DNA from: Lepidodermella squamata
Lineage: Eukaryota > Animalia > Gastrotricha
DNA length: 64,000 nucleotides
Assembly: GCA_047495785.1 (NCBI GenBank)
Contig: JBLDXI010000029.1
Location: forward strand, 2,232,001-2,296,000
Direction of reading: 5' to 3'
In this document: piece after piece, positions 26,001-41,372 of the stretch
How the letters are laid out: each line of letters begins with the position of its first letter
Numbering within the stretch: the stretch's first letter is position 1
Position numbers and translations under genes: made by a program
Notes under the pieces: model-generated
Told to the model about the DNA's origin: nothing
Databases searched by the model: none
Seen by the model: only the letters and a program-made list of their open reading frames with translations

Positions 26001-27270
26001 TGACGATGTTGTATCAGCAGGCTGATTTTATGAAATTATATCAAGAGTCCTTGCTGAAGGGGGCGAGGAAGAATAGCTGTATGGAGGCTTTTTGGTTGCG
26101 ACGCCTCTTTCAGAAATGAGCTCATGAGACTTGACGAGACCACAGGCAGACACAGTAGGAGAAGTGGAGTATTGAATCCACAGGCAGTGGCAATTTCTTC
26201 TTGACCAATGCCACGAGACTGCGATATAATAGATGAAGGCAATTGCAATGAGGACGTGGAGCTGGTTGAATTCGTTACTTTTGGAGAGAACCGTTCAATA
26301 ACTTCTAGCGAGACGGGTAAGTGTGTAGATAGAACGTACATCATGTTATCGGTAACCGACTTGATCAACTCATTCAATGTGCAGCAGTCATCACGCAAAA
26401 GCTTCCTAACAGCTGTTGTCTCGTGATCATCCTGAAAAAGTTCGACCAACTTCACTTGAATTGCAAGATCAGCAGCTAATAAAGCTAATTGGAAGATCAA
26501 ATTTCTGACCTTCTCCGTTTGAGAAGTCGTTATCAACGTAAGATTGACCTTTGGTAAGAAGTGCGAGCCGCTGATAACGTGACTTCTGTTTTCTTCAGGG
26601 GTGGTTGAGCGTAAGGGCAATTTGCAGTCTTCGATATTGAGACCTCTTTAAAAAAAATCAGAACACACGAAGTAGCGCTTAAGATCCATATAGCATATAT
26701 TCTCATCTGTTTTGCCCAGGGTGGCAGTTATCTTCTTACGAGAATACGGGGTTCTACAAATGAGGAAGTGTTAGGAAAGCCTGAGGCCTGAGGCTCTAGC
26801 TTCCTTTGGCCATGAAATTACCAAGCTCTGGCATTATTTAAAAAATTCAAAGCCGATGAGAAATTTGACTAAAACCGGATTTCGTTCAATGCCAATGATA
26901 ACTTTCACGGCTATCAGCTGCAGTTATCTGAAGTAAGCAAATAAACTCAAATGGCTCATCCAAGTGAGTTAACGGGCAGAAACCTTCGGGTCGCTGAAAA
27001 TGCCCAATGGCTTGCAACCTCCTCAATTAAATGGGATCACCGGAATTTCGACTCCGATCTAGACGGTGATGTTTAAGCCAAGGCACAGGCTGATTTGACC
27101 GAGTTCGGTCATTTTGAAGCTCGGTAGCCAAATGCTGAGAAAATAATTCATCCTGTTCATTTCAAACAAGAGTCCAGTAGGTTGAGTCTAGAATCTTCCA
27201 GTGATTTCAATTAGTAATTAATTATAATTATTTCCACGAATAAAAAGACGTTTTAAAATTATTTGAAATT

Positions 27271-27717
27271 ATGGGAGAGTCTGGAAGCTAGGAACATGTT
27301 CCTAACAAATATGGCTGAAAATGGCTCAATGTTAGGAACAAATAAGGACTATGTCGAAATCTTAACGCATTTGCAAAATTCATATTAAAATTCGACGCTG
27401 AAAAAGATTTCATTGTGAAATGTATCCGTCGACCTTACATGCTCGCTCCGCTCGCATGGATATGCTAAAAAATGAATACATTTTACTCCGCAAAAAAACA
27501 AGTTCCAGGTTCATTGTTAACAAGTTCTTCTTTCTTGAAACAGTATTTTTAGCACTGAAGTAGCTAGATTAGCTAAAACTTTAATCTAAAGCAAGAAAAT
27601 CCTGAAAAAATGATATCATAAGATGGTTTGTTTGGATGGGATCTATTGTTCCTAACATTGCGCGATTTCCAGCCATATTTGTTAGGAACATGTTCCTAAC
27701 ATTTAGATTTTCCGAAT
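27271..27717. mobile_element. MITE with about 70-bp imperfect TIRs
   Basis: TAGGAACATGTTCCTAACAAATATGGCTG..AATGTTAGGAACA near 27289 is mirrored at about 27645-27700. Confidence 0.7.
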
Positions 27718-28987
27718 ATTATTTTCTCGAATCAGGATGTTACGTGCCAAGCTCTGTATGATTTTTTTGTCAACTTTTTAGATCCGATGGATTGCGCTAG
27801 AATCGCTGAAGATTGGAAATCGCTGTCCATGTCCTGTTCAGCACCAAACTACCTGAAACTGATGACGACAATGTTGAAGAAAAAATGTGGAAAATTGGAG
27901 ATCAGCCAATCCGGTTTGAGAAGCAACCTGAGCCGGAGGTGGCTTCGATGCGAATGATCAGCGTTTCAACCGTGTTACATCGCAAACAGTCTTGATGCCA
28001 GGTGAAGACTCGACAACTATTGTAAAAACAGTCGCCGACAAAACTGCTGTCAAAATTGCTTATGTATTATGTTATTCTCATGAGTGAACGTTCTGGAGTG
28101 AACTATGAAATAATAAAATTTTATGTTTATTTTTAACGGCCTTTTGGCGAAACTGTCTCAATTCAAGGATTGAAGAAGCAAAGCAAGCTGCTAGCTTCGC
28201 CGAATGAGCCTGAAGAAACTCCATCGGTTCAAGCGCAACAACCGCAAATGCTGATGGAGAAACCGGCGAGAGTTACGTTGACAGTTGTGAAAATGAACCA
28301 TTTCAGGTGACGAGCTTGTTTTTCGAGAGAATTATTTTCGAAAAAATGTCTGTTGCACGGAGAGCAACGCCAAGAGCATCCATTGAAATGTTTTCAAGAC
28401 TAAAAGTTTGCATTTTTCTTTCGACCACATCACTGGTTATGGAATTATAATTATTCTCGTTATATTTTTCTCATTTCGAACCTGAGTTTTAGATTTTTTT
28501 CGATAGAGATAAATTGTTGGTTATTGGCAGGCTCAAAGTGAATATACCTTGTGAGGTTGTATTGTGATTTTTCTAAAAAAAAAATCGTTCGCAGGCTCAA
28601 TTTTTCCGCCTGATTTTTTTCATTATTCCAACGAACCGCGATTTCCAAGTCCCTGTAACGTTTCATCAGTTAATCATTAAATTATTAAAAAATGGCAAAT
28701 TTGGCATATTTATCGCACGAGTGCAGAATCTGCAGACCTTCCCGGCAGCAAACCAAGTCCCCGCTTTCCCTATTAGGAAGCTACAAAATATCCCGAATAA
28801 TTTACAGAAAAACCCAAATTTCCCGGCGGCAACGCTGCCCGGATCTGCAGCTTCAACCCCTGATTTAGCGATAGTTACATGGTTTGTAAATTTGTCACCT
28901 TTCAGTTGTTGTTAAGAAAACTGGGATGTGATAGTCGAAACTTCAATTCGATAAACAAGTTATTTTTATTAAGCTGTTTTTAATTAA

Positions 28988-29463
28988 CAGTGAAAGTTGT
29001 CTAAACCGGACTAAGGTCGTGCCAGGCAAAATCGTCCGGTTTAGAGAAAGTCCGAATTATTTTAAACCGGACTGAGTCCGGTATAGGAAATACCACGTGA
29101 AATTCATGGAATTTTCAAGTTTTACAAGCTAAGTAATAGTTTTTGAGTACGGAATCGACAATTTTAATATAAATAATCAACATATTCAGCTATATTCGCA
29201 ATAATTTGGAAGTTATTTTTTTTCGATATTTTGAGGCTACTCTTGTCAGGCAGGGGCTGGCACTTTCTTCAAAATTATATAGAAAATTGGACTTTTTATT
29301 GCATAAACCGGACTTCGAGCCCCAAATCCGTCCGGTTTATACACCAGTCCGGTTTAGAGAGTCCGGTTTAGACAATAAAATTATAATGTAAAGTCCACAC
29401 TTTTGGATCGAGCCACCCGAAATCGTCCGGTTTAGACCGGTCCGGTTTAAACAACTTTCACTG
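28988..29463. mobile_element. Tc1/mariner-pogo type MITE
   Basis: TIR CAGTGAAAGTTGTCTAAACCGGAC...GTCCGGTTTAAACAACTTTCACTG followed by TA, with internal TCCGGTTTA repeats. Confidence 0.8.
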
Positions 29464-29542
29464 TAATTGGTTCTAATTGGTTCTAATGGATTTTGAATAA
29501 TTGAATAAACTTCAATTTTAACAAGGTTAGATATCTTATATA

Positions 29543-30510
29543 TGTCGTATCGCAATGAGCAATTTCCTCCAATTGACGATAGAGATATCTCTATTAGCAA
29601 TTGCTTAAAGGGGGCCTCCTTTGAGCAAATTAATAAATTGTCAATAAATTATTGCCGATTGAGATATCTCTTAGAGCAATAACACATAATGTCGACGTTT
29701 ATTAACGAAATATTAAAAAAAAATCATTCTATTCACATCTTCTTCATTTTCATTACTCCAACTCATCGATAGATGTCGAAAAACACATCAACTACTTGTT
29801 TTCGCAAAAATTAGTTTTTGAGCATAAACAGGAAGGACCACATTTCATAGGCTGCAGGACCTTGCCAACTTTCCAGTTACGACATGCACAACGTTTTGTT
29901 GTTGACTTGCACCCAGACTTGCAACGGCACCCTTCAGCTTCGTCCTCCTCATCGTCGTTATCCTTAACAGCGTCCTTAAAAAAGGCTACTACGGCGCTAT
30001 ATCCAGCGTGGCTATTCTCGGTGTGGTACTTCTTTGCACGTTCCAAGAAGGTGTCCATCACCAGGACATGCCAATTTTCGGCTTGTTTTTGTTCGGCTTC
30101 TCGGTACTTCAGTTTACCGCCAACAACGCAAAACAAATGCCTCAGGTTGTGCTTGCGATCGGCTGTAACACCATCAACCTTTCCACTTTCACTACAGGCT
30201 TTGATGAACAGCTCCTTCTCCGCTAAATCTTTGGGCAATAAAGCTTTAGGCATTATAATATGGGTCTCTGATTTAAACTACTTTGATAAATGTTTTCTAA
30301 ATTTTTTTGTATTAAAAACTTATAAATACCTAAACGCGTGTCTCCTAAACGGCACGTGTCGTAGTAAAATTATTGCTCAATGAGATATCTCTATGAACCA
30401 CTATTTATTGCCATAGAGATATCTCTTTAGGCTATGCAGCTATCTTGGGCAGATCGGGGTTAGAGATATCTCTATCGGCAATTGGAAGAATTGCTCATTG
30501 CGATACGACA
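29543..30510 (-). mobile_element. Internally deleted Ginger/TDD-like DNA transposon retaining a 153-aa ORF (29792-30253)
   Basis: About 50-bp TIR TGTCGTATCGCAATGAGCAAT...ATTGCTCATTGCGATACGACA with a 4-bp TATA TSD. The ORF has HxxxxHxG (start of an integrase Zn finger) joined to a CxCxxxCxxxxxxCxC tail, and no DDE core. Confidence 0.7.
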
Positions 30511-32059
30511 TATATCTTCCTGATAGATGTTTATTTAGCTGAATGACAATTTCTTATTCATTGCGCAACAGGCCGACGAAAGTTGACGTGTTTAATACGC
30601 TACGTTAAGCAGCAGCAGCTTCAAGGTGAAGAATATCGCTAATATAATTAAGCCATTTTATTATCACCACCATTCATCAACACGGCGAGAAGATAAGTAA
30701 GCGTGATATAGTAATTTGGCATCAATTTTATATCGTTTAGCTATATCGTCAATTGTCATCACCTGGCGCGCTCTCAAGCAGCCAGCAGCCAGCAACCACC
30801 ATTTGAACACCAGGGTGAATAAACGGAGCAGGTAAAATATTAAGTCTAATTTAATGCGATAATTTCTCGCACTCTGTCGCGCTTTCTTTCGCCTGTTCAT
30901 CGGGCCGTGTGAATAAATGGCGCGCGTTTCGAAGCAGCAGCAGCAGATGGCTCTCCTGTTAATGTTTTTAATAAAGGCAGGTAAGTTTAATACCTTTTTG
31001 CAGCTGGTATTAGCGGCTTCTTAATAAATAGCTGTATATTTTATCAACAATTGTCATCATTATGCTATTATCAAACATCGTAACCGGCGCATTATATGTG
31101 AAGAATCAAAATTTTAATAGAATAAAAACGACCCTCTGCTGCTGCTGGCGCTGTGAGAAGCGGATTTTGTGCCCGGTGCGCTATGAAATTTGAAACAAAA
31201 TGAACATTATCATCTATACCGATTATGTCACGCGCCGCCAATGCACTTTATATTGAGCGCGGCTCGGATTATTAACCCGGCCTTCAAGTTTCAACGCGGG
31301 GATTATAAGCGATAAATTATATTCTGTTATATACGAGATGACAAAAGGCCTTATGTTTTTAAAAGGTGAAAGTGAGCGCGCAAAAGGTGGATGGCCGGCG
31401 CGCTTGCAATAATTGAAATAATTAGACGGGATGACTTATTAATAAAAATATGAATAATATGACGCAAACTGCGATCGTTGTTATTATAAAGGTCGTGTCA
31501 AGAGATAAGACGAAAACACAGCGCATATTTCAATTAAATCAAATTAAATTACCTAAATGACAGCTAAACGCTCTTACTAAACTACTAATAATAATAGGGT
31601 AATTGCCGTTTTCGCAGCCGAGACAAAAGGGCAGCTGAACAACATCAACAGAAAGATAAGATGATGAGCAGAGAAGCAAAACCTATTTATAGTCGTTTAA
31701 TTATCCCTCATTATTTACAACACAATGACAGCAATAACTGCACCTGGATGATGACGCCGATATTATTTAGGCGGATTGCGAAACGCAATTTACGCAGCGT
31801 AATTTTAATAATAAAAATTATTATTTGCGTCAAATAAATTCTGCTACGTGCATTCGGATTTCTTTTTTAATTATATCAATTTTTCGGAATAATTGCGGGA
31901 AAAAAATAATGTCAGGGGAAGAAGGGCTAGGCGAAGCGTGTAAGATGTGCCGAGCTAGACAGGTGAGATAATAATATTATTAATAATAATAATCGTTTCT
32001 GCTGGTTTCGTCATAATATTATTATATTAAGCGCGCCTTCGGAGTGTGAAACACGTAAT

Positions 32060-32200
32060 AAATTACGCACGCACGCATGCACCCAGAATAGCGCGCGCTC
32101 TGATTGGTCGGTTTTTAGACACCTCATTTGCATACGCGCGCGCGCTCACACAAGCATCAGGTAGTCAAACGCGCAAATTATTTATAACTGACTGACTTAT
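32060..32200 (+). promoter_or_regulatory. Putative Nkx6 proximal promoter
   Basis: Reverse CCAAT (GATTGG, about 32102), octamer ATTTGCAT (about 32126) and TTTATAA (about 32181) lie just upstream of ATG 32236. These are motif matches only. Confidence 0.4.
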
Positions 32201-32235
32201 ATTCTAATAGAACTTTTAAACCGATCAACGTTTGC

Positions 32236-34363
<2,128 letters not shown>

Positions 34364-35311
34364 ATTGTCAAAAAAAAATCTTAATAATATCATGTCTCCG
34401 AGCCGCTTTCAAACAAAAAAATTGAAGGGAAATACACCGAACTTTTCTAGTCCTCTCCGCCTAATTTCGGAAAATCGTTGAATCATAAAAAATTATCCTT
34501 GCTTAAATTATGCAACTGTAAATAGTAATCCAGGAGTAGATTAGCGCATTTATTACCTTGTGTTACCTGCTCTAGGTAAATAATTATTGTAATTATAAAT
34601 TTATTATTTATTGTCTGCGCGCTTCGTTGGATGTCATTAAAGCTACTAGAGAGATCATTTTGTCGTTGATTATGTGCTCGCTGTGTTTTATGGTTATTAT
34701 CCCTCGCCGCGGCTGCCCGTCATAAAAAAAAACAACCGGCGTGTCGCGGTGCTCGGTCACGCGCCTATAATATACACAGCAATTAAGCGCAAAATGAAGG
34801 ATGATGATAATTTTTGTGCCGCGTCCCGAATTTGCGCTCTTAATCATCGCTGGTTTTCTGTCATGCTATTTTCCAAGCGACCTTTGATGTGAAGCTACCT
34901 GCCGCCGCCTGTTTTTCTTTTATTGCCCATTAGCGGCAATGCTCCGGCGGCTTCTTTTATTTTGAAGGTGTCAACGTTCGTCACTTCTTGTGTACTATCT
35001 AAGCCGCTTTTTTCTAGCAGTAGTAATATCGTTAATGTTCTGTTCAATATGCCCACCAAAATTCATTATGCAAACAGGTCGTTTTTTTCGGGTGTGTATG
35101 TATGTTGTACTTGATTATTGCAAATTTACGGTTTGTTAGAGCTCTGGAAAAACAAAATACGGAATCAAAAAACAACAATAAAGCAACGTGCTGATTTTTT
35201 TTCTAAAAAATTGTCTTTTTATTTCGGAAAAAATGAGATTACACAAGGCAGTAAAAGATCATGCGAAAATTGAGCATGCATAAAATTGCTGTCACAATTT
35301 TTGGCGGTGTT

Positions 35312-38300
35312 TCAGTGGCCACTCGGCGCCGCGTTCTCGTCGTCTTCAGGCCGGTTGACAGCTGGGATGAGGCCTTCTTTCAGCAAATCGCCCATCATCG
35401 TTCGAATGTAGTCGATAAACTGATCGTGCTAAAAATTAAAATTGTAATTTAATTAAAAATAAATCAATTACGGTAATTTTTCCCCATTTCTTCATCATTG
35501 GAAAACTTCTGAAATTTGTTTCAATGGATGAATTATTATTCAATTAATAATTTAAAAAAATTGTATAATTTTTAGTGATCCGCCTTAAAGTAGTCGACCG
35601 TCTAAAAAAATCTGAATCAAAGCGAGATGAGCTCAACGCATTCAATTCAATCTGAAGCTAAAAATTCGCGACTCCACCTTTATACAGAATCATCGAATAT
35701 CACTGTCTCTTCCCTCCGATAAGCAAAAAGCGAAAATATGAACAGGAGAAAGTTGATGAGTTCATACTCAAACGAATCGAGAACTAGATTTCACCATTTC
35801 ATTCTTCATCGCTTTTACATTTCGACCTCGATCATCATCATCTCGAACGGTTAAAAATCAATGCGACATTTGTCTGAGAGGCTTTGCTACGAAATCAACT
35901 CTCGATCGTCATAAAAAAGACTACTAAAAATTGGAAATCGCGTCTCGTGGTAATTGTGAGGTGGGCCTCCAAGAAAGTGTTCACAGCTGAATGCCGAGTG
36001 AAAACCTTCAAGGCTGTCGTTGGCGATTCCAGGTAGCGTTATTAATCCTGACTGCCGTCATTATTTTGTAATTACTTCGATTACCGAGGATAACGACCCA
36101 CCCTAGAGTTCGGGCCAATTCAAGAAAATGGAGACGCCGGAAATTTTCATCCGCATGAGCAGGGCCTCGGTAAGGAAATTATTCGTCTGTCTCCATCGAT
36201 GTTGCGCGATGAGTTGGCAAAGTACAAGGCCTTGGACACTGCCAGGGACAAGCGCATCAGCTCATTATGCTGAGAATGCTCGAAAAATAGCTTTGATGAA
36301 ATTTAACATCTCTTCTGATTCTCATCGAGGAGATGGCCATGCTTCGATTTTTCAAGTTTTTCACTTTGCTTGTTTCAGTTAATCCTGACTTCGCAATATT
36401 TCGTTTTTGAAAAGCGCAACGACGGCTTGGTACAACCGGAAAAAGCAGGTGAGTCGAGGGTGTGTCAAAAACTCCAAAGATGGCTACAATCCAAACGAAA
36501 CAAAGCTGAATACAACCGAATTAAAGAAAGAATCGCGGAAGGGATTCAACATTTTGAAGATGATGAATTTCATTTCTATCTTTGCTATTCGTCACCGCTG
36601 TTATGCTTTTCGCCGTTCGTCGCTAGCAAATGAACATGAATTCCATCGAAGCAAAACTACCTATGGAACTTTTTCCATGGAGTATTCAATCAATTCACTC
36701 GCATGATTCCCGTTCTCCATGTGACTTTGAGACTGAGCTTATAGCGGCTCTAAAAAAAGCTGAAAGGGCTTAACGGACAGTTCATCCATAGAATTGGTTG
36801 TCATTTTCACTTCAGTCAATCCCTAATAACATGGCTACGCGACCATGGGATTCTTGTTTGGAATATTTCTAGTCATAATTTGTCCATCTTAAAGACATCT
36901 GATTAGTTAATTTTCACTAGATGAATTATAGCAGTTTTCAACCATTACGCAAAATAGGGCAACTAAAAACCCGATCCAAGCCATGGGTAAAATGGTAAAA
37001 TTTATGTGAAAATAGTGTCCCATAAGTAACGCAAGCAGAGAAAATTGTCATCGAAAATTCACGGAAAAGGGTTCAGACATGAGAGACAAAGTCACATCTC
37101 ACATCAAAAAATCACCAGAGTAGAAATCAAGTATGTCACTTGTTAATGGGGTTAAAAAATTCCGGAGAAATTTGGTCCCACCGGGTAAAATACCGAAAAT
37201 TACCGCACCAGTTGCCATTTCCGTTTTTTCTTTGGTAAATTTTCAATTTCTTCGGTCAAATCGCGGATAAATGATAAAATTTTCTCTCGTTAGGTTTAAT
37301 TTTTTTAAATTAGTTATATTTCCTAAAAAAGTGGCCAAATTAAAAATACCTGAGCAACTTTTGGGACAACTTTGTAATTAACATTCTATTTTCGAATTTT
37401 TTGATAATTTATATTTTTATTAATTGATCGAGCTTACATTGTCAGCTAGCCGATCGCGTCTCTCGTGGCATCGAGCATCCAACTCGCTGGTAATCGAAAT
37501 GACATTCTGCCGCTGGCGTTCACGTTGCGACAAAATTTTCATCAACGCCTCGCCCTCTTCCAGGCGTCCTTTAATTTCACCCTCGTCCTCTGCCGCCTCC
37601 GGCACCTGGCTGCGCTGGCTCGACTGGCTGCACTTGTCTGGGCTCGAGGCGTGATTTCGCTGGCGGGCTCGTTGTTGCTGCTCCTGTTGCGTGACGGTCG
37701 CTGATAACTGCTTCAATTCGTCCAATTTCAACTTGTACTCGGATTGTAACGTCGAAACCATTTCCTCGATTTCATTCAGCTGAGAATAGAGCTCTCTGAA
37801 TAAAAATGAAAAATAATTTGAAATTTTCTATTCTATCAGAAATTTAACAAGAAATTTAACAAGAAATTTAACAAGAAATTTAACAAATGGCGAGGGTTCC
37901 ATGACTGAAGAGCATAGATATACAGGGCCAGGCTGAAGTTATTCTACAGACGCAACTCCTAAAACCATTATTGTCATCATTAGCAGATATATGACCAATT
38001 AATTTCTTGATCATTTTCATGACAAACTTTCGCGTATGATTTTCATGAAACTTGAAAGTTGCGAAGATTTGGTTCATTTTTGGTCACATTTCCATAAAAA
38101 AAAATAAAAAATGTCCAAAATCGCGTTGTCTAAAGCTCGTCGCTTTGCTCGCGTCCCACTTTATTCGAATGAAAACCGGCGGAAAATGCGGTGAAGAGCC
38201 CGGTTCATGGAAGTTGAAGAAATTCAACGAAAAACGGATGTTAATTTGCTGACATTTTATAGCTTGGACGCAAAATTTAAGCATCTTTTCCAACACTGAA

Positions 38301-41300
38301 AAACGAAAAAATGGAAACATTTTCTAGGGATCGCCGTCTGGAAAACCCAGTCTTGATTTTGGGGTCGCCAAGGGCTAGGTGTTTAGAGCCCTGGTTTAAT
38401 TGCACCGCCATTTGCTTAACAGCTTTCAGAAAAAATCCGAAAAAAGACATGTGCTCATCTTTTCTTTGATTTATCATCATATTATAGACCCATAGAGAAA
38501 AAAATGACCAGAGTAAGCACTCAAGCTAAAAAATTGATCTCCGATATTATAGAAGTGCGTTCTCAAAACGGATATCTCCGTTTTCTACCAAATTTTGCAT
38601 GCCTATAGAACGCGAGCTGCTCTTTCACGTGGTATAAGATTTGAGGTGGGCAATCGCTGCTCAGTCATGATCTCATCAAAATAAGTAAAACCATAGTGAA
38701 TACGAGGTTTTTGTATCGTAACAATGATTGGGTTGCCCACCTCAAATCGTATACCACGTGAAAGAGCAGCTCGCGTTCTATAGGCATGCAAAATTTGGTA
38801 GAAAACGGAGATATCCGTTTTGAGAAAGTCAACTTTGAATTAAAATGAAGATTTAGAAATTTTAGCTTGAGTGCTTACTCTGGTCATTTTTTTCTCTATG
38901 TATAGACCTTATTCATATGTTGTTAAATCGTAGGCTCTCAACTCATAGAACCATGGCGAGACTAGCAAAATTCCAACTCTGATTATGGCATAGAAATCAG
39001 ATTAACCGGAGGGAAAACTCAAGTCGGCTCTTCAGAAAAGTCTGCGACGTTTTTTTCAAGACAGAAACTGAAAACCTGGAAACTTTCGGGAAACTTACTC
39101 GAGATTTCGAGAGACGGTTAGATTTCGTTCGAATATCGAGTGACTCGCGATGACCTCCTCAGCCAAAAGTTGATAGACCTGGGTTAGCTCCATCAATTCA
39201 GCGTGACATTTCTTGACAGTTTCCAACTCAGTTTTGCTACAAATTCAATTTAAATTTCAAGGTTTTTCTTAATTTCGTCGAAACTGGCATGCCAACTCAC
39301 TATTCATTGAGCCTCTGTCGAAGAATGGTCGGTTCGTTGATGAAGGCAGTGACATCGGGGATGTAATAGTCGCGAAGTCGGTCGATTTCAGACTGTAGGC
39401 AGCCGGTTCGGCGCTGCAAATCTTCGATTTTGATCTCAATCGTGTGAACCGCGTCGTTTTTCTCGTCGCAACGCGAATTCAAATCTTCAAGCAATTCGTC
39501 CTCGGATTGAAGAACGCTAGCAACTCGATCAGCTTCACATCGCAACTTATTTGAAAAATAAAACAAATTGAATTATAATTTAAAACTCGAAATTAAATGA
39601 GCCTATCGAGGTGTGGGAAAATACATTCCTGAAATGTAAAAAAAATCGGAAAAGAGCTAAATTGCTCATGCGAAAAAACAAAAATTTTCAAGATTTTAAT
39701 TCACATTCTCAGGAAAAATGAAAAACTGCAACTTTTTAATCTCGGGTTTCAAATTCTCACTTCAAGTCGAATTCATCGACAACGTATCACGGGCGACCCG
39801 AAACACAAAACAGTGACTCGGCGACCTGGCCATCCTCCGCCGCCAACGCGAATCATCTTACGGAGGTGCTCCAAAAAGAACCATGGTAATCAAGGAAAAC
39901 ACGGCGGAAACTTCTCGCATGGACAACTCCGAGACAGCTCCGATTTTACGAAAACGATCACTGTTTACGACGCCGTAAATTGGATAAATGCGTCGTGGAA
40001 TTTGATCAGGTATGAAACATTCGTCAAGTGTTTTGCGAAAAGCGGCATGTTACCCGCTGGTCAGCTGCAATACGACGCTAATGACGAAATCCCGCTCTCA
40101 AGCCTTGTAGTTGGCCTCGATAAATTACCGACCGCGATTTATCAGTTCATTATCGAAGGTCAAAACGTCGAGAAGAAGAAGCCGCTCAAAGCGCCGCTTT
40201 CGACGTGCCTGAAGACTCTTCATGGATTATATGGGATTTTATCGATGCCGCAGTCGCTGCGAATTGCGCAACTGGCGAAGATGCTCTTGACGACTTCAAA
40301 GTCGAGTTCGATCGTTATGCGAAGGAGAAACCGAGCGATAGGAAGCAAGATCCCACGCGGTGGTGGAAATACAACGAGACCAGGTTCCATTTGCTCAGCA
40401 AAGTGGCCCGCAAATATCTGGGGGCCCCGAACGGATCCGTACCGAGCGAGAAGCTTTTCTCGGTGTCTGGTAACGTTATTACCGAGAAGAGAAGTCGCCT
40501 CGATCCTGAACAGGCTGAGAGGCTTATATTTCTCCATGATAACCTTCGAATTCTTAAAAAGATGACTTGAGTAATGATGAGTGATATGTGATATCGAGAC
40601 GAGAGACGTGAATTGATAATAAAAAGGTGACATTTTGCGATCAACAGCTCTGAAAAAATGTCGAATTTTCTCACTATTTGGTCCGAAACCCAAATAATTT
40701 GGGGTACCCAAATAATTTGGGGTACCCAAATATAGGTCTCAAAAGTCGAAAATACCCCAAATTCCCAAATACCCAAATATTTGTTATTTGTTATTTGCCC
40801 ACCTCTGCTGAAGAGACACCAGACGGCGTTCCTGTTTTTGAGCCGCCTACGGTCGACAGCGCTTTTCACTCATTCCGGAATTCAACTAGGCGATACTCCC
40901 GTTAATATCGAAAATCAAATTCACCAAAAGCGCGCAGCTTGCCTTAGGCAGCCTAGCATCACCAACTTTTTTAAACTTAGCACTTTATAATTATTCATTA
41001 AAATATATATTTTCAAACTATGAAACCTTTTGATAATGAAATAAACGCTTTGCAGTAGGCCAGGGACTATTTCCTAATATGAGTGTATTTTTTAAGGGCC
41101 GAGTTGGTGTGTAATTTAGGTACTATATTGGTGTGTAACTTAGAGCCATTTTAGGGATGAGTAAATGCAAAAATCGAAAATTTGCCCGCTTTAGTTCGTA
41201 AAATTTACAAACTTGCACACCTTAAAAAACGCTGATTTCCTATGCTTTTATGATTGATTTCCATCTTCCATCATTCCATCAAGACTTCATCTTTCATCGG

Positions 41301-41332
41301 TATAGACAATCGTTGATTCGATTATCGCGAAG

Positions 41333-41372
<40 letters not shown>

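Noticed and set aside
26036-28320. ORFs 26036-26620, 26208-26426 and 27813-27995
   Set aside because: No recognisable motifs; they lie among transposon debris.
36000-36720. Frameshifted plus-strand ORFs in NUF2-like intron 5
   Set aside because: Faint resemblance to a hAT transposase, too degraded to call.
39299-39302. Apparent in-frame stop in the NUF2-like gene suggesting recoding or a variant genetic code
   Set aside because: Resolved by exon 39099-39236: TA|C encodes Tyr. All gene models fit the standard code.
40688-40780. Short direct repeats that might be taken for a CRISPR array
   Set aside because: Tandem 18-mers with no unique spacers, in a eukaryotic hAT subterminal region.
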